Shown here in pieces: positions 30,251-41,413 of a stretch of 50,286 bases of DNA (within the stretch, counting starts at the first letter, position 1; every line of letters begins with the position of its first letter). This stretch comes from Deferrisomatales bacterium (GTDB taxonomy: Bacteria; Desulfobacterota; Deferrisomatia; Deferrisomatales; JACRMM01): positions 1-50,286 of the forward strand of contig JAWSUI010000028.1 in NCBI GenBank assembly GCA_033551855.1, read 5' to 3'. The translations under genes were made by a program, and so were the position numbers. The notes under the pieces were generated by a model that worked only from the letters and a program-made list of their open reading frames with translations, was not told where the DNA came from and searched no databases.

Positions 30251-31357
30251 TCAGGAAACCGGCACGCCGGTGAGGTAGAGGTCGGGTCCGACCCGCTCCA
30301 CCTCCAGCCCGGTCAAGGGCACAGCCTGGTCCATGCGCTCCGGGCTCGGCCCCCCCACCATCGGCACCGCGTCCCGGCCGCCCAGCAGGCGGGGGCTGAG
30401 GAAGAGGTGGACGCGGTCCACCAGCCCGGCGTCGAGGAACGAGCGGGCCGTCTCCCCTCCGCCCTCCACCAGCACCTCCATGGTCCCCCCCCTGTAGAGC
30501 TCGGCCAGGAGCGCCCCGAGGTCCAGGGAAGGACCCTTGCGCGGAAACGTCAGGACGCGGGCCCCCCGGGCCTCGATCCGCCGGGTCCGGGCGGGATCCG
30601 TGCCCTCGGCGCAGGCGAGCACGGTGAACCCCGCTTCCCCGGGGCCCAGGAGCGCCAGGGACTCGGGGCACCGGAGCCCCGGATCGAGAACGACCCGCGG
30701 GATCCTGCGCTCCGCCGTTCCGGGCAGGCGCACGGTGAGCCGGGGGTCGTCCGCGACGGCGGTGCCCACCCCCACCAGGACCGCCCCGCAGGCGTCCCGC
30801 AGGGCGTGGGCGCGGCGCCGGCTCTCCTCCGAGGTAACCCAGCGGGAGTGCCCCGTGCGGGTGGCGATCCTCCCGTCCAGGGTGGCGGCGAGCTTCAGGT
30901 GCACGAAGGCGCGGCCCTCACGCACCGACAGGAAGAACCCCTCGTTCAGGCGGCGGGCCTCCTCCTCCCGGACCCCGACGGCAACCTCCACCCCGGCTTC
31001 CCGGAGCCTCCGGAGGCCCTCGCCGGCGACGCGGGGATTCGGGTCCGCCACGGCTGCGACCACCCGCCGCACTCCCGCCGCGACGATCCGGTCCGCGCAG
31101 GGGGGAGTCCTCCCGTGATGGGAGCAGGGCTCCAGGGTCACGTAGAGGTCGGCCCCCCGGGCGTCGCTTCCGGCCTGCTCCAGGGCGAAGACCTCGGCGT
31201 GGGGCTGTCCCGCCGCCGGGTGGAACCCCCGCCCCAGGATCCGGCCCTCCCGGGCCACGACGCAGCCGACGGCCGGGTTGGGGCTCGTGCGCCCCACCCC
31301 CCGGCGGGCCTCCTCCAGCGCCACCCCCATCAGGAACCGGTCGGCCTCGGCCGTCAC
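30251..31357 (-). CDS. ribD: Riboflavin biosynthesis deaminase/reductase RibD
   Basis: [36 protein letters not shown] overlaps the nrdR stop. Confidence 0.96.
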   Translation of the reverse strand: MTAEADRFLMGVALEEARRGVGRTSPNPAVGCVVAREGRILGRGFHPAAGQPHAEVFALEQAGSDARGADLYVTLEPCSHHGRTPPCADRIVAAGVRRVVAAVADPNPRVAGEGLRRLREAGVEVAVGVREEEARRLNEGFFLSVREGRAFVHLKLAATLDGRIATRTGHSRWVTSEESRRRAHALRDACGAVLVGVGTAVADDPRLTVRLPGTAERRIPRVVLDPGLRCPESLALLGPGEAGFTVLACAEGTDPARTRRIEARGARVLTFPRKGPSLDLGALLAELYRGGTMEVLVEGGGETARSFLDAGLVDRVHLFLSPRLLGGRDAVPMVGGPSPERMDQAVPLTGLEVERVGPDLYLTGVPVS

Positions 31358-31815
31358 GACTCCTTCCGCTCCAAGAAGTCCCGCAGGGCGTCGGTGAACT
31401 CGTCCACCCCCCGGAACTGCCGGTACACGGAGGCGAAGCGGACGTAGGCTACCGGGTCCAGGCTCCGCAAGGCCTCCATCACCACTTCCCCGATCTCCTC
31501 GCTGGGGACTTCCTTGCGACCCTCGTCCTGCAGTCGGACCTCGATCCCGTCGACGATCCGCTCGAGCGCCTCCGCCGGGATCGGCCGCTTCTGGCACGCC
31601 TTCTTCAGGCCGGCCTCGACCTTGCCGCGGTCGAAGGCCTCCCGCCGACCGTCCTTCTTCACCACGAGGGGCAGGACCTCTTCCACCTTCTCGTAGGTGG
31701 TGAACCGGCGCTCGCACCCCACGCACTCCCGCCGGCGGCGGATCACGTCTCCCTCCCGGGAGACCCGGGAGTCGATGACCCGGTCCTCCTTCTCCCCGCA
31801 GAACGGGCAGCGCAC
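31354..31815 (-). CDS. nrdR: Transcriptional repressor NrdR
   Basis: CPFC...RRRREC..C, ATP cone, [10 protein letters not shown]. Confidence 0.97.
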   Translation of the reverse strand: MRCPFCGEKEDRVIDSRVSREGDVIRRRRECVGCERRFTTYEKVEEVLPLVVKKDGRREAFDRGKVEAGLKKACQKRPIPAEALERIVDGIEVRLQDEGRKEVPSEEIGEVVMEALRSLDPVAYVRFASVYRQFRGVDEFTDALRDFLERKES

Positions 31816-32285
31816 TAGGAGTGCCTCCCTTCCCCTGCCGGCATCTCCAGCGGGACGAGGTCGATGGCGGCCGTCCGGAACATCTCGGCGCTCAGGGGGT
31901 CAGCGTACCCATCCAGGTAGTACACGCGGCGGATGCCCGCGTTGATGATCATCTTGGTGCAGATGACACAGGGAAGGTTGGTGCAGTACAGGTCCGCGCC
32001 CTCGATGGAGACCCCGTGGTGGGCGGCCTGTAGGATGGCGTTCTGCTCCGCGTGGAGCCCCCGGCACAGCTCGTGGCGCTCCCCCGAGGGGATGCCGAGC
32101 TCCTCCCGGAGGCACCCCACGTCCAGGCAGTGGGGCACCCCCGTGGGGGCCCCGTTGTACCCCGTGGCAAGGATCCGCTTGTTCTTGACCAGGATCGAGC
32201 CCACGCGGCGGCGCCGGCAGGTGCTCCGGCTGGCCACCAGCCGGGTGATCTCGGTGAAGTACTCCTGCCAGGAAGGCCTGGGCAT
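31815..32285 (-). CDS. dCMP deaminase / ComEB family
   Basis: RSTC, GYNG, HAEQNA, PCVIC. Confidence 0.93.
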   Translation of the reverse strand: MPRPSWQEYFTEITRLVASRSTCRRRRVGSILVKNKRILATGYNGAPTGVPHCLDVGCLREELGIPSGERHELCRGLHAEQNAILQAAHHGVSIEGADLYCTNLPCVICTKMIINAGIRRVYYLDGYADPLSAEMFRTAAIDLVPLEMPAGEGRHS

Positions 32286-32297
32286 GGTTCCCTCCGC

Positions 32298-34004
32298 CTA
32301 GACGGCCGTCGGCGGGCGCAGCAGGTGGGCGTAGAAGGGAAATCGGCGGCAGAGGTCCCGCACCGCCCCGCGCACGTCGTTCTCCGTCGCCTCGTTCCCG
32401 CAGTTGCGCAGCACCCGGGCCACGGCGCCCGCGATCTGATCCATCTCGGCCGGGCCCATGCCGCGGGTGGAGACGATCGGGGTCCCCAGACGGATGCCGC
32501 TCGTGACGAAGGGGCTCCGGGTGTCGTAGGGGATCGCGTTCTTGTTCAGGGACACCCCGGCCCGGTCCAGGCTCCGCTCCGCATCGAGGCCGGTCACCCG
32601 CGCGCCCGTCAGGTCCAGGAGGAAGAGGTGGTTGTCCGTGCCCCCGGAGACGACCGGGTAGCCCAAGTCCTGGAGGGAGGAGGCGAGACGGGCGGCGTTG
32701 TCCACGATCCGCCGCGCGTACGCCCGGAACCCCTCGGAGTGCGCCTCCCGGAAGGCGACCGCCTTGGCCGCCACCGAGTTGATGAGGGGCCCTCCCTGGA
32801 GGCCGGGGAACACGGCCTTGTCCACCGCGGCGGCGTGGTCCTTCCGGCACAGCACCAGCCCCCCCCGCGGTCCCCGCAAGGTCTTGTGGGTCGTGCTCGT
32901 GACCACGTCGGCGTGGGGGACGGGGCTCGGGTGGGCTCCCCCCGCGACGAGCCCCGCGATGTGGGCCATGTCTGCGATGAGGTACGCGCCGACCTCGTCC
33001 GCGATGGAGCGAAACGCCGCGAAATCCAGAATGCGCGAGTAGGCGCTCGCCCCGGCGACGATGGCCCGGGGCCGCTCCCGGCGCGCCACGTCCCGGACCT
33101 CGTCGTAGTCGATGGCCGCGGTGTCCCGCCGCACCCCGTAGGTCACCGCCCGGTAGAGGCGGCCCGAGAAGCTCACCGGCGCCCCGTGGGTCAGGTGCCC
33201 GCCGTGTGCCAACGCCATTCCCAGTATGGTGTCGCCGGGTTCGAGCAGCGCGTAGTAGGCCGCCATGTTCGCCGCCGACCCGGAGATGGGCTGGACGTTG
33301 GCGTGGTCGGCGCCGAAGAGCGCCTTGGCCCGCTCGATCGCCAGGTTTTCCGCCCGGTCGGCGAGCTCGCAGCCCCCGTAGTAGCGACGCCCCGGGTACC
33401 CCTCGGCGTACTTGTTGGTGAAGACCGACCCCTGGGCCTCGAGGACCGCCTCCGAAGCGTAGTTCTCCGAGGCGATGAGGACGACGGCGTCCTCCTCGCG
33501 CCGGATCTCGCCCTGGACCGCCTCCCACACCTCCGGGTCCTGGGCGTGCAAGGGGGAAGGCGGGCGGGCCGCCCCCTCGATCTGGGCGATCCGCTGGATG
33601 CGGCGGGCGTGCCTCCCCCCCTCGAAACGGCTTCCCAGCCAGGCGCGCACGATCTCACGGGCCAGACCCTTCTCGGTGGTGCGGCCGCCGAGCACGAGCA
33701 CGTTGGCGTCGTTGTGCTCCCGGGCCATCCGGGCCGAGTAGACGTCTGCCGCGAGGGCCGCGCGCACCCCCGGGATCTTGTTGGCGACGATGCTCATCCC
33801 GATCCCGGTGCCGCACAGGAGGATCCCCTGGTCGGCCTCCCCGCGCCCGACCCGTCCGGCCACCTCCAGGCCGAGCTCGGGGTAGTCCACGGGGTCCCCG
33901 TTGGCGGTCCCGAGATCCCGCACGTCCAGCCCCAGACCCAGGAGATACGCCTCCAGGTCCTCCTTCAGCTCGTAGCCGCCGTGATCGCTCGCGATCAGGA
34001 TCAT
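32298..34004 (-). CDS. glyA: Fused ribose-5-phosphate isomerase B / serine hydroxymethyltransferase (RpiB-GlyA)
   Basis: N-terminal ~145 aa: ASDHGG, DYP, CGTGIG, ANK, HNDAN, GGRH. C-terminal: [31 protein letters not shown]. No stop between the domains. Confidence 0.95.
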   Translation of the reverse strand: MILIASDHGGYELKEDLEAYLLGLGLDVRDLGTANGDPVDYPELGLEVAGRVGRGEADQGILLCGTGIGMSIVANKIPGVRAALAADVYSARMAREHNDANVLVLGGRTTEKGLAREIVRAWLGSRFEGGRHARRIQRIAQIEGAARPPSPLHAQDPEVWEAVQGEIRREEDAVVLIASENYASEAVLEAQGSVFTNKYAEGYPGRRYYGGCELADRAENLAIERAKALFGADHANVQPISGSAANMAAYYALLEPGDTILGMALAHGGHLTHGAPVSFSGRLYRAVTYGVRRDTAAIDYDEVRDVARRERPRAIVAGASAYSRILDFAAFRSIADEVGAYLIADMAHIAGLVAGGAHPSPVPHADVVTSTTHKTLRGPRGGLVLCRKDHAAAVDKAVFPGLQGGPLINSVAAKAVAFREAHSEGFRAYARRIVDNAARLASSLQDLGYPVVSGGTDNHLFLLDLTGARVTGLDAERSLDRAGVSLNKNAIPYDTRSPFVTSGIRLGTPIVSTRGMGPAEMDQIAGAVARVLRNCGNEATENDVRGAVRDLCRRFPFYAHLLRPPTAV

Positions 34005-34008
34005 CGGG

Positions 34009-35250
34009 TCACCCCTCGAACTTGCGGAACAGCAGGCTCCCGTTGGTGCCCCCGAAGCCGAAGGAGTTGGAGAGCACGCAGTCGACCTCGCCCTCCCGAG
34101 CCTGATTCGGCACGTAGTCGAGGTCGCACTCGGGGTCCGGGGTGTCGTAGTTGATCGTGGGCGGCACCGCGCGATCCCGCAGGGCCAGGACGGAGAACAC
34201 GGCCTCCACGCTGCCCGCGGCTCCCAGGAGGTGGCCGGTCATGCTCTTGGTGGACGAGACCCACAGCTTCTTGGCATGCTCGCCGAACACCCGCTTGATG
34301 GCCAGGGTCTCGTAGTAGTCGTTGAAGGGGGTGCCCGTGCCGTGGGCGTTGATGTAGCTCACGTCGCGGGGGGAGACCCCGCCGGACCGCAGCGCCATGG
34401 CCATGCACCGGGCCGCCCCGTCCCCCTGGGGGTCCGGGGCCGTGATGTGGTAGGCGTCGGCCGTGGCCCCGTACCCCACCACCTCGGCGTAGATCCTGGC
34501 CGTGCGCTGCCGGGCGTGGTCCAGGTCCTCCAGGATCAGAATCCCGCCGCCCTCCCCCATGACGAACCCGTCACGGTCCTTGTCGAAGGGCCGGCTGGCC
34601 CGCTCGGGCTCTCCGTTCCGGGTGGAGAGGGCGCGCATGGCGTTGAACCCCCCCACCGCCAGGGGGGTGATGGTGGACTCCACCCCGCCGGCGATCATCA
34701 CGTCCGCGTCGCCGCGGCGGATCATGTGCCACGCTTCTCCGATGGAGTGGGCGCCGGTGGCGCAGGCGGTGACGATGGACAGGTTGGGGCCCTTGGCCCC
34801 GGTGTAGATGGAGACGTAGCCGGGAGCGAGGTTCACGATGACCGAGGGGATGAAGAACGGGCTCACCCGCCGGGCGCCCGACTCCAGGAGGATCTTGTGC
34901 TGGACCTCGATCTCGGGCAGCCCGCCCAGGCCCGCCCCGATGGAGATGCCCACCCGGTCGGCCCGGTCCTCGGGAACTTCGTACCCCGCGTCGTCCAGCG
35001 CCAGCCGGGAGCAGGCCACGGCGTACTGGATGAAGAGGTCCATCTTCTTGAGCTCCTTCTTGTCCACATACAGGGACCCGTCGAAGCCCTTCACCTCCCC
35101 CGCGATCTGCGTCTTCATGCCGGCCGCATCGAACCTCGTGATCGGGCCCAGGCCCGACCGACCGGCGAGGCACGCCTTCCAGCTCTCCTCCACGCCCAGC
35201 CCCAGGGGCGTCACGGCCCCCATTCCCGTTACGACGACTCGTCTGGTCAC
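34009..35250 (-). CDS. fabF: 3-oxoacyl-ACP synthase II
   Basis: [29 protein letters not shown]. Confidence 0.97.
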   Translation of the reverse strand: MTRRVVVTGMGAVTPLGLGVEESWKACLAGRSGLGPITRFDAAGMKTQIAGEVKGFDGSLYVDKKELKKMDLFIQYAVACSRLALDDAGYEVPEDRADRVGISIGAGLGGLPEIEVQHKILLESGARRVSPFFIPSVIVNLAPGYVSIYTGAKGPNLSIVTACATGAHSIGEAWHMIRRGDADVMIAGGVESTITPLAVGGFNAMRALSTRNGEPERASRPFDKDRDGFVMGEGGGILILEDLDHARQRTARIYAEVVGYGATADAYHITAPDPQGDGAARCMAMALRSGGVSPRDVSYINAHGTGTPFNDYYETLAIKRVFGEHAKKLWVSSTKSMTGHLLGAAGSVEAVFSVLALRDRAVPPTINYDTPDPECDLDYVPNQAREGEVDCVLSNSFGFGGTNGSLLFRKFEG

Positions 35251-35285
35251 CGCTCTCCTCCTGAACCCGTCGATGACGGATTCAC

Positions 35286-35326
35286 TTAGGGAAGAGAGCC
35301 AGGTACGCCCTGGCTCTCTTCCCTAA
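35286..35326. terminator. Perfect 18-bp hairpin between acpP and fabF (terminator or mRNA-stabilising)
   Basis: ttagggaagagagccagg-tacgc-cctggctctcttccctaa; no clear U-tract on the operon strand. Confidence 0.6.
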
Positions 35327-35361
35327 CCGTTTTGGCCCGTCCGGCCCCGGCTCGGGGCTCC

Positions 35362-35594
35362 GTGGTCCGTTCCGCAGATACGGTGGCGCACCGAGAGCGT
35401 CGATGCGCCGCAGCCGCACGTCGTGAGGAGGGAGAATGCCGGATGGCATTCCCCCTGCGATGCCGCAGGAGAGCGGAATCGCACGGCCGGAGGCCTCCGC
35501 TCGGCGAGGCCCACCGACGGGCCGACTCGCGGGCAACGCGGCAGACGCGGATGCAGCAGCGCTCGAAAGCCAGCGCACTTGCGGAACGGGCCAC
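35362..35594. mobile_element. 233-bp MITE-like element with 15-bp terminal inverted repeats
   Basis: gtggtccgttccgca ... tgcggaacgggccac (14/15 match); central hairpin gggagaatgcc-ggat-ggcattccccc; abuts the acpP stop. Confidence 0.55.
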
Positions 35595-35837
35595 CTAGGC
35601 CGCCATGCGCTCCTGGATGTAGTTGATGGCGTCCTGCACCGTGCGGATCTTCTCCGCATCCTCGTCCGGGATCTCCTGGTCGAACTCCTCCTCGAGGGCC
35701 ATGACCAACTCCACGGTGTCGAGGCTGTCGGCGCCCAGGTCGTCGATGAAGCCCGCCTCGTTCACCACCTTCTCGATCTCCACGCCCAACTGCTCTGCGA
35801 CGATCTTCTTGACGGTTTCCTCGATGTTCGCGCTCAT
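35595..35837 (-). CDS. acpP: Acyl carrier protein
   Basis: [20 protein letters not shown]. Confidence 0.98.
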   Translation of the reverse strand: MSANIEETVKKIVAEQLGVEIEKVVNEAGFIDDLGADSLDTVELVMALEEEFDQEIPDEDAEKIRTVQDAINYIQERMAA

Positions 35838-35870
35838 GTTCCCTCTCTCTCGTTTCGGGCTGCCCAGGGC

Positions 35871-36620
35871 TCAACCCATGTACATGCCGCCGTTGACGTG
35901 CAGGACGTGACCGGTGATGTAGGTGGAGCGGTCCGAGACCAGGAACGCCACAGCCTCGGCCACGTCGCCGGGGCTTCCCAGGCGCCCCAGGGGCACCTGG
36001 TTGAGCAAGGCCTCCCGGGCCTTCTCCCCGAGGGCCTCGGTCATGTCGGTCTCGATGAAGCCCGGGGCCACGGCATTGAAGCGGATGCCCCGGTTCGCAT
36101 ACTCCCGGGCCAGGCTCCGGGTCATTCCCTCGAGCCCCGCCTTGGAGGCGCAGTAGTTGGCCTGACCGGGGTTGCCGAGGCCCCCGACCACGCTCGAAAC
36201 GTTCACCACCGTCCCCCTGCGGGCCTTCACCATGTGCCGCAGGCACTCCTTGGTGCAGAGGAAGGCGCCGGTCAGGTTCGCGTCGAGCACGGCCCGCCAA
36301 TCCTCCAGCTTCATCCGCAACGCGAGGTTGTCGCGGGTGATGCCGGCGTTGTTGACCAGGACGTCCAAGCGCCCCCAGGCCGCCACGACCGCGGAGACGC
36401 AGGCCGCCACGCTCTCCGGGTCGGACACCTCGAGGCCGATCCCGAGTCCTGCCCCGGGCAGCCCCGCGGCCGCCGCCTCCGCGTCCTCGGGGCTGCGCCC
36501 GGTGACGGCCACCCGAGCCCCCCGGGCCGCGAGCAGCGCGGCGACGGCCCGGCCGATCCCCCGCGTCGCACCGGTGACGAGGGCCACGCGGCCCTCGAGC
36601 TCGGCCTCTGCTGCACTCAC
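35871..36620 (-). CDS. fabG: 3-oxoacyl-ACP reductase
   Basis: TGATRGIG, NNAGITRD, YCASK, VAPGFIETDMT. Confidence 0.97.
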   Translation of the reverse strand: MSAAEAELEGRVALVTGATRGIGRAVAALLAARGARVAVTGRSPEDAEAAAAGLPGAGLGIGLEVSDPESVAACVSAVVAAWGRLDVLVNNAGITRDNLALRMKLEDWRAVLDANLTGAFLCTKECLRHMVKARRGTVVNVSSVVGGLGNPGQANYCASKAGLEGMTRSLAREYANRGIRFNAVAPGFIETDMTEALGEKAREALLNQVPLGRLGSPGDVAEAVAFLVSDRSTYITGHVLHVNGGMYMG

Positions 36621-37564
36621 GCTGCACCTCCCCCCGCCAGGGCCCGTGCGGCCTCCAGGCCCTTGGGGTCCTCCACGCCGGCCACCCCGGCCTCGGGCAC
36701 GATACGCCGCATCAGGCCGGCCAGCACCTTGTTGGGCCCGACCTCCACGAAACGGGAGGCGCCGGCCGCGGCGAGGGCACGCACGCAGTCCTGCCACCGG
36801 ACCGGACGGCTCACCTGCTGCACGAGCCGGGATCTCACCTGCGCCGGGTCCCCGTGGGGCAGGGCGTCCACATTGGCCACCACGGGGAACCGGGGGGCCG
36901 AGACGGCAACCCCTTCCAGGACCGCGGCCAAGCGCTCGCCGGCCGGAGCCATGAGGGAGCAGTGGAAGGGAGCGCTCACCGGAAGGGGAACGGCGCGCTT
37001 GGCCCCCGCCTCCTTCATGCGGCGGCTCGCCTCCTCCACCGCGGCCACATGCCCGGAGATCACGGCCTGGCCAGGGGAGTTGTCGTTGGCCATTTCCACC
37101 ACCGCGCCGTCTCGGGTCACCTCGGCGCAAATGGACCGCACGCGGTCGGCCTCGAGCCCGAGGATGGCCGCCATGGAGCCGGTTCCCAGGGGAACCGCCT
37201 CCTGCATGAAGCGGCCCCTCTGCTCCACCACCCGCAGGGCGTCGCCGAAGCCCAGTGCACCCGAAGCAACGAGGGCCGAGTACTCCCCCAGGGAGTGGCC
37301 CGCGGCCATCGCGGGCCGGATACCCGTCTCCTCCTCCAGCGCCCGCAGGCACGCCACGCTCACCGCCAGGATGGCCGGCTGGGTGTTCCAGGTAAGTCGC
37401 AGCTCGTCGTCGGGGCCCTCGAAGAGAAGGGAAGTCAGGGAGCGGCCCAGGGCCTCGTCCGCCTCCGCCAGGGTCCGGCGGGCCGCCGGAAACGCCTCCG
37501 CCATCGCCCGGCCCATCCCGACGTACTGGGAACCCTGTCCCGGAAACACGAAGACGACGCTCAT
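36617..37564 (-). CDS. fabD: Malonyl-CoA:ACP transacylase
   Basis: FPGQGSQ, TQPA, GHSLGEY, VSAPFH. Confidence 0.97.
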   Translation of the reverse strand: MSVVFVFPGQGSQYVGMGRAMAEAFPAARRTLAEADEALGRSLTSLLFEGPDDELRLTWNTQPAILAVSVACLRALEEETGIRPAMAAGHSLGEYSALVASGALGFGDALRVVEQRGRFMQEAVPLGTGSMAAILGLEADRVRSICAEVTRDGAVVEMANDNSPGQAVISGHVAAVEEASRRMKEAGAKRAVPLPVSAPFHCSLMAPAGERLAAVLEGVAVSAPRFPVVANVDALPHGDPAQVRSRLVQQVSRPVRWQDCVRALAAAGASRFVEVGPNKVLAGLMRRIVPEAGVAGVEDPKGLEAARALAGGGAA

Positions 37565-37619
37565 GGGGTGGCTCCCCGGGGGGGACGGATTCGAGGGACG
37601 GCGAGGAAAGATCCGGCGA

Positions 37620-37649
37620 ACTATACGAAAGAGGTGCTGGGGCGTGCAA
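37620..37649 (-). promoter_or_regulatory. Putative internal sigma70 promoter for fabD
   Basis: TTGCAC-N18-TATAGT. Confidence 0.5.
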
Positions 37650-37690
37650 GCCAAACCTGGGCGCGCGGGGTCTGCGGCCCCGATTCCACG

Positions 37691-38689
37691 CTACCAGCGG
37701 AGCAGCACCGCCCCGTACGTCACGCCGCCTCCGAAGGCGTCCAGGAGCAGCAGGTCTCCCGGCCGCACACGCCCCGACCGGACCACCTCGTCCAAGGCGA
37801 TGGGGATGGAGGCAGCAGACGTGTTCCCGTACCGGTCGACGTTGACATACACCTTGTCGTCGGGCACCCGCAGGCGCTTGGCCACGGCGTCGATGATCCG
37901 CCGGTTGGCCTGGTGGGGAAGGAACAGGTCCACGTCGTGCCCGGAGACCCCCGCGTCCTGGAGCACCAGCTCTGCCATCTCCTGGAGGGTCCGCACGGCG
38001 ACCTTGAACACTTCGTTGCCCTGCATCTTGACGAAGTGCAGGCCGGCGGCCACCGACTCCGCCGTGGCGGGGTTGGCCGTCCCCCCCCCGGGCATGTTGA
38101 GGATGCCCCAGTGACTGCCGTCCGCGGCCATCCGGGCGGCCAGGATGCCTCGGTCCGGGTCGTCCGAGGGACCCAGCACCGCCGCCCCTGCGCCGTCGCC
38201 GAAGAGCACGCACGTGCCCCGATCCGTCCAGTCGACGATGCGGCTCAGCAGCTCCGCGCCGACCACCAGGGCCCGGCGGGACGCACCGCTGGCCACGAAC
38301 TGCTCCGCAACGCTCAGGCCGTAAAGGAAGCCGGTGCAGGCCGCCGTGAGGTCGAAGGCCATCTGGCCGCGGATGCCGAGCCGGTCTTGGAGAAAGCAGG
38401 CCGTCGAGGGGAACGGCATGTCGGGGGTCGCGGTCCCGACGATGACCAGGTCGAGCTCCTCCGGGTCGATCCCCGCCGCCTCCAGGGCCTGCCGCGCCGC
38501 CACCTCGCACAGCTCGCTGGTGCGCACCCCCGCCGGCGCGATGCGCCGCTCGCGGATGCCGGTACGCTCCCGGATCCACTCGTCGCTCGTGTCCATCCGG
38601 GCGGCAAGTTCCTGGTTGGTGACCACGACATCCGGCACGCAACGGCCCGTTCCGAGGATTCTCGCGGCGATCCTGTGTCGGCGTTGCAT
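37691..38689 (-). CDS. fabH: 3-oxoacyl-ACP synthase III
   Basis: DTSDEWI.ERTGI, AACTG, FGDGAGA, PHQAN, GNTSAAS. Confidence 0.97.
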   Translation of the reverse strand: MQRRHRIAARILGTGRCVPDVVVTNQELAARMDTSDEWIRERTGIRERRIAPAGVRTSELCEVAARQALEAAGIDPEELDLVIVGTATPDMPFPSTACFLQDRLGIRGQMAFDLTAACTGFLYGLSVAEQFVASGASRRALVVGAELLSRIVDWTDRGTCVLFGDGAGAAVLGPSDDPDRGILAARMAADGSHWGILNMPGGGTANPATAESVAAGLHFVKMQGNEVFKVAVRTLQEMAELVLQDAGVSGHDVDLFLPHQANRRIIDAVAKRLRVPDDKVYVNVDRYGNTSAASIPIALDEVVRSGRVRPGDLLLLDAFGGGVTYGAVLLRW

Positions 38690-38692
38690 CGG

Positions 38693-39781
38693 TCAGCCTT
38701 CGTCCGGGTCTTCCCGCCGGGGGTGGATGATCTTCTCCTTGAGCTGGGACCAGAACCGCCGCTCCTTGCGCGCCGCCCAGGCCTCCAGGTCCTGGTTCCT
38801 CTCGAGCACCTGCATCATGTGCAGATTGACCCTTCGCTCGGCGAAGTCACGGGCGACCCGGATGGCGTTCTTGATCGCCCGGGCGTCCGAGGAGCCGTGG
38901 GAGACGATGCCCACCCCGTTGACCCCCAGCAGCGGCGCCCCCCCGGTCTCGGCGTAGTCCAGTCGGTTCCGGATGTTGCGGAAGGCGCCTCGAGCCATCA
39001 GATACCCCAGCTTCGAGAGCAGGGTTCTCCCGAGCTCCTGCTTGAGCATCTGGCTCATGACGTGGGCGAGCCCCTCCGAAGCCTTGAGCACCACGTTTCC
39101 GGTGAAGCCGTCGGTGACCACCACGTCGGCGGCCCCCGGAAAGATGTCCCGGCCCTCCACGTACCCGACGTATCGGAGACTGGAGTGTTTCAGCGCCTCG
39201 TGGGCGCTCCGCGTCAGCTCCGTGCCCTTGCTCTCCTCCTCACCGTTGGAGAGGATCCCCACGCGGGGCCTCTCCACCTGGAGGACGTAGCGGCAGAACA
39301 CCTCGCCCATGATGGCGAAGTGCACCAGGTGCATCGGCTTGCAGTCCACGTTGGCGCCGACGTCCAGGAGCACCGTCGCGCCCGAGAGGGTGGGGAGCAC
39401 CGCGGCGATGCACGGCCGCTCGACCCCGGGGAGCCGGCCCAGCACGAGCATCCCGATGGCCATGGCGGCTCCGGAGTTCCCCGCGCTCACCGCCGCCCGG
39501 GCCTCCCCCTCCTTCACCAGGTCGAAGGCGACCCGGACCGACGAGTCGCGCTTCCGGCGCAGCGCCACCGAAGGGCTCTCCTGCATCCCCACGACCTCGG
39601 AAGCGTGCTTGACCGTGATGGGAAGCTCGGTTCCGCCGCACCGCCTGAGCAGATCGTGCAGGACCTCCCGGTCCCCCACCAGGATGACGTGGGTCCCCTG
39701 CTCCCTTGCGGCAAGGACGGCCCCTTCGACCACCGCCTCGGGGGCGTTGTCGCCCCCCATGGCGTCGACGGCGATTCTCAT
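38693..39781 (-). CDS. plsX: Phosphate acyltransferase PlsX
   Basis: [39 protein letters not shown]. Confidence 0.97.
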   Translation of the reverse strand: MRIAVDAMGGDNAPEAVVEGAVLAAREQGTHVILVGDREVLHDLLRRCGGTELPITVKHASEVVGMQESPSVALRRKRDSSVRVAFDLVKEGEARAAVSAGNSGAAMAIGMLVLGRLPGVERPCIAAVLPTLSGATVLLDVGANVDCKPMHLVHFAIMGEVFCRYVLQVERPRVGILSNGEEESKGTELTRSAHEALKHSSLRYVGYVEGRDIFPGAADVVVTDGFTGNVVLKASEGLAHVMSQMLKQELGRTLLSKLGYLMARGAFRNIRNRLDYAETGGAPLLGVNGVGIVSHGSSDARAIKNAIRVARDFAERRVNLHMMQVLERNQDLEAWAARKERRFWSQLKEKIIHPRREDPDEG

Positions 39782-39803
39782 CGGCGCGGGTCAGGCCCGG
39801 GGG

Positions 39804-39992
39804 TCAGCTCTCGTCCTCCGCGACGCGGATCACCTCCCGGCCCTTGTAGGTCCCGCACCCCGTGCAGGCCCGGTGCGGCCGCTTGGGCTCCAGGCACTTG
39901 GGGCAGGTGTCGAGGTTCGGCGCCGAGAGGGCAAGGTGCGAGCGCCTCTTCCTCTTGCGGGCCAAGGACGTGCGATTCTGTGGAACGGCCAT
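39804..39992 (-). CDS. rpmF: 50S ribosomal protein L32 (zinc-ribbon form)
   Basis: [31 protein letters not shown]. Confidence 0.96.
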   Translation of the reverse strand: MAVPQNRTSLARKRKRRSHLALSAPNLDTCPKCLEPKRPHRACTGCGTYKGREVIRVAEDES

Positions 39993-40052
39993 GATCCTCT
40001 CCTTGATCGCCGGGAAGCGCGGGCGGCCGGGGGCCCGGGGCACCCGCCCCGG

Positions 40053-40610
40053 TCAGGCTCGCCGGGCCCTGGCCCGGTCTCCGAGAATTTCGAACGGGCG
40101 CGAGCCGCCCCCCTGGGGGCAACCGCAGGCCGTCGCGTTCCTGTCGGCACCGCACCGGGGGCATAGGCCGCGGCATTCCGGCCGACAGACCGGGTGGGGT
40201 TGGAGCTCGACGAAGAAGTGCTCCGAGACCACGGCGGTCAGGTCCACCGTGTCCCCGAGGAGGGCCTCCGACTCCAGGTCGGCCTCCCCGAGCTCCCGCT
40301 CCCCCGGAACCGCCCCGTCCTGCCGGCGCAGCGTGACGTGAAACGTACCCTCCAGGGGCGCCTCGAAAGGGGTCAGGCACCGCACGCAGCGGTACCGGAC
40401 CCGGGTATCCAACCGCCCGCTGACGGACACGTCCGGGCCGGAGGGCAGGACGCGGAGGTGCGCTTCGAGAAGCGCCGCCGGGCCCACGTCCTCCCACCCG
40501 GCATCGGCGAGGGCGGCCCCAACCTCCTCCGGCGAGAAGCGCAGGGCGGTCCGCTGCCCCTCCGCGAGAAGGCCCGACACGCACAGGGGATTGGGGCGCA
40601 GGGGACACAC
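40053..40610 (-). CDS. yceD: DUF177/YceD family protein
   Basis: CVRCL and CRPECRGLCPRCG motifs; precedes rpmF; start is GTG 40610 or CTG 40601. Confidence 0.9.
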   Translation of the reverse strand: MCPLRPNPLCVSGLLAEGQRTALRFSPEEVGAALADAGWEDVGPAALLEAHLRVLPSGPDVSVSGRLDTRVRYRCVRCLTPFEAPLEGTFHVTLRRQDGAVPGERELGEADLESEALLGDTVDLTAVVSEHFFVELQPHPVCRPECRGLCPRCGADRNATACGCPQGGGSRPFEILGDRARARRA

Positions 40611-40638
40611 CTCCGTCTGGCCGCGCAAAGAGCCCGGT

Positions 40639-40666
40639 ATTATAGAGGCACCCCCCACCCCGTCAA
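40639..40666 (-). promoter_or_regulatory. Near-consensus sigma70 promoter of the yceD-rpmF-fab operon
   Basis: TTGACG-N16-TATAAT. Confidence 0.8.
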
Positions 40667-40762
40667 GAGTTTTCTCCCGCGCCTGGACCTACCTCCCGGC
40701 GGCAGGCCGGGCGAGTCGACCCGCAGCCGACAAACCCAGGGAAGGGGGTTTTCGGCCCGCTG

Positions 40763-41413
40763 CTAGAACCGCACGGCCGGGTTGTGCAGGGTCCCGGAGC
40801 CCGGGCTGGGCGGCTCCACCCGCACCCGGCGCCCCTCGACCCGGAGCCGGCCCTCCGCCAGGTACTGGAGGGCCTGGGGGTAGATCCGGTGCTCCTCCCG
40901 CAGGATCCGCGCCGCCAGGGCCTCGGGGGTGTCGTCGTCGCGAACCGGCACCACCGCCTGGAGGATGATGGGCCCCGTATCCGTCCCCTCGTCCACGAAG
41001 TGGACGGTGCAGCCCGAGAACTTCGCACCGTGCGCCAACACCTGGGCGTGGACGTGGAGGCCGGGGAAGGCCGGCAGGAGTGCAGGGTGGATGTTGAGGA
41101 CCCGGCCCGGAAATGCGCGCAGCAGAACCGGGCCCACGAGCCGCATGTACCCGGCGAGGGCCACGGTGTCCGCCCCATGCCTCCCCAGCGCCGCCGTCAC
41201 CCGCCGGTCGTGCTCCTCCCGCGGGGCGCCGGCCACCGGAACCACCTCGGCGGCCACCCCTGCCCGGCGCGCCCGCTCCAGCGCGAAGGCTTCCGGGTTG
41301 TCACTGACCACCACCGCGACCCTCGCGTCCAGCATCCCCCCGGCCGCGGCATCCAGGATCGACTGGAGGTTGGAGCCTCCTCCGGAGGCCAGCACGCCCA
41401 GGCGAAGCGTCAC
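40763..41413 (-). CDS. purN: Phosphoribosylglycinamide formyltransferase
   Basis: SGGGSNLQ, LAGYMR, NIHPALLP, GCTVHFVD..DTGPII, EH. Confidence 0.97.
   Translation of the reverse strand: MTLRLGVLASGGGSNLQSILDAAAGGMLDARVAVVVSDNPEAFALERARRAGVAAEVVPVAGAPREEHDRRVTAALGRHGADTVALAGYMRLVGPVLLRAFPGRVLNIHPALLPAFPGLHVHAQVLAHGAKFSGCTVHFVDEGTDTGPIILQAVVPVRDDDTPEALAARILREEHRIYPQALQYLAEGRLRVEGRRVRVEPPSPGSGTLHNPAVRF

Noticed and set aside
36854..39994. Very long ORFs such as 1046 aa (+), 1242-3971, 10945-13644 and 35436-38114
   Set aside because: Antisense or alternate-frame shadows of well-identified genes, expected at this GC content; no motifs.
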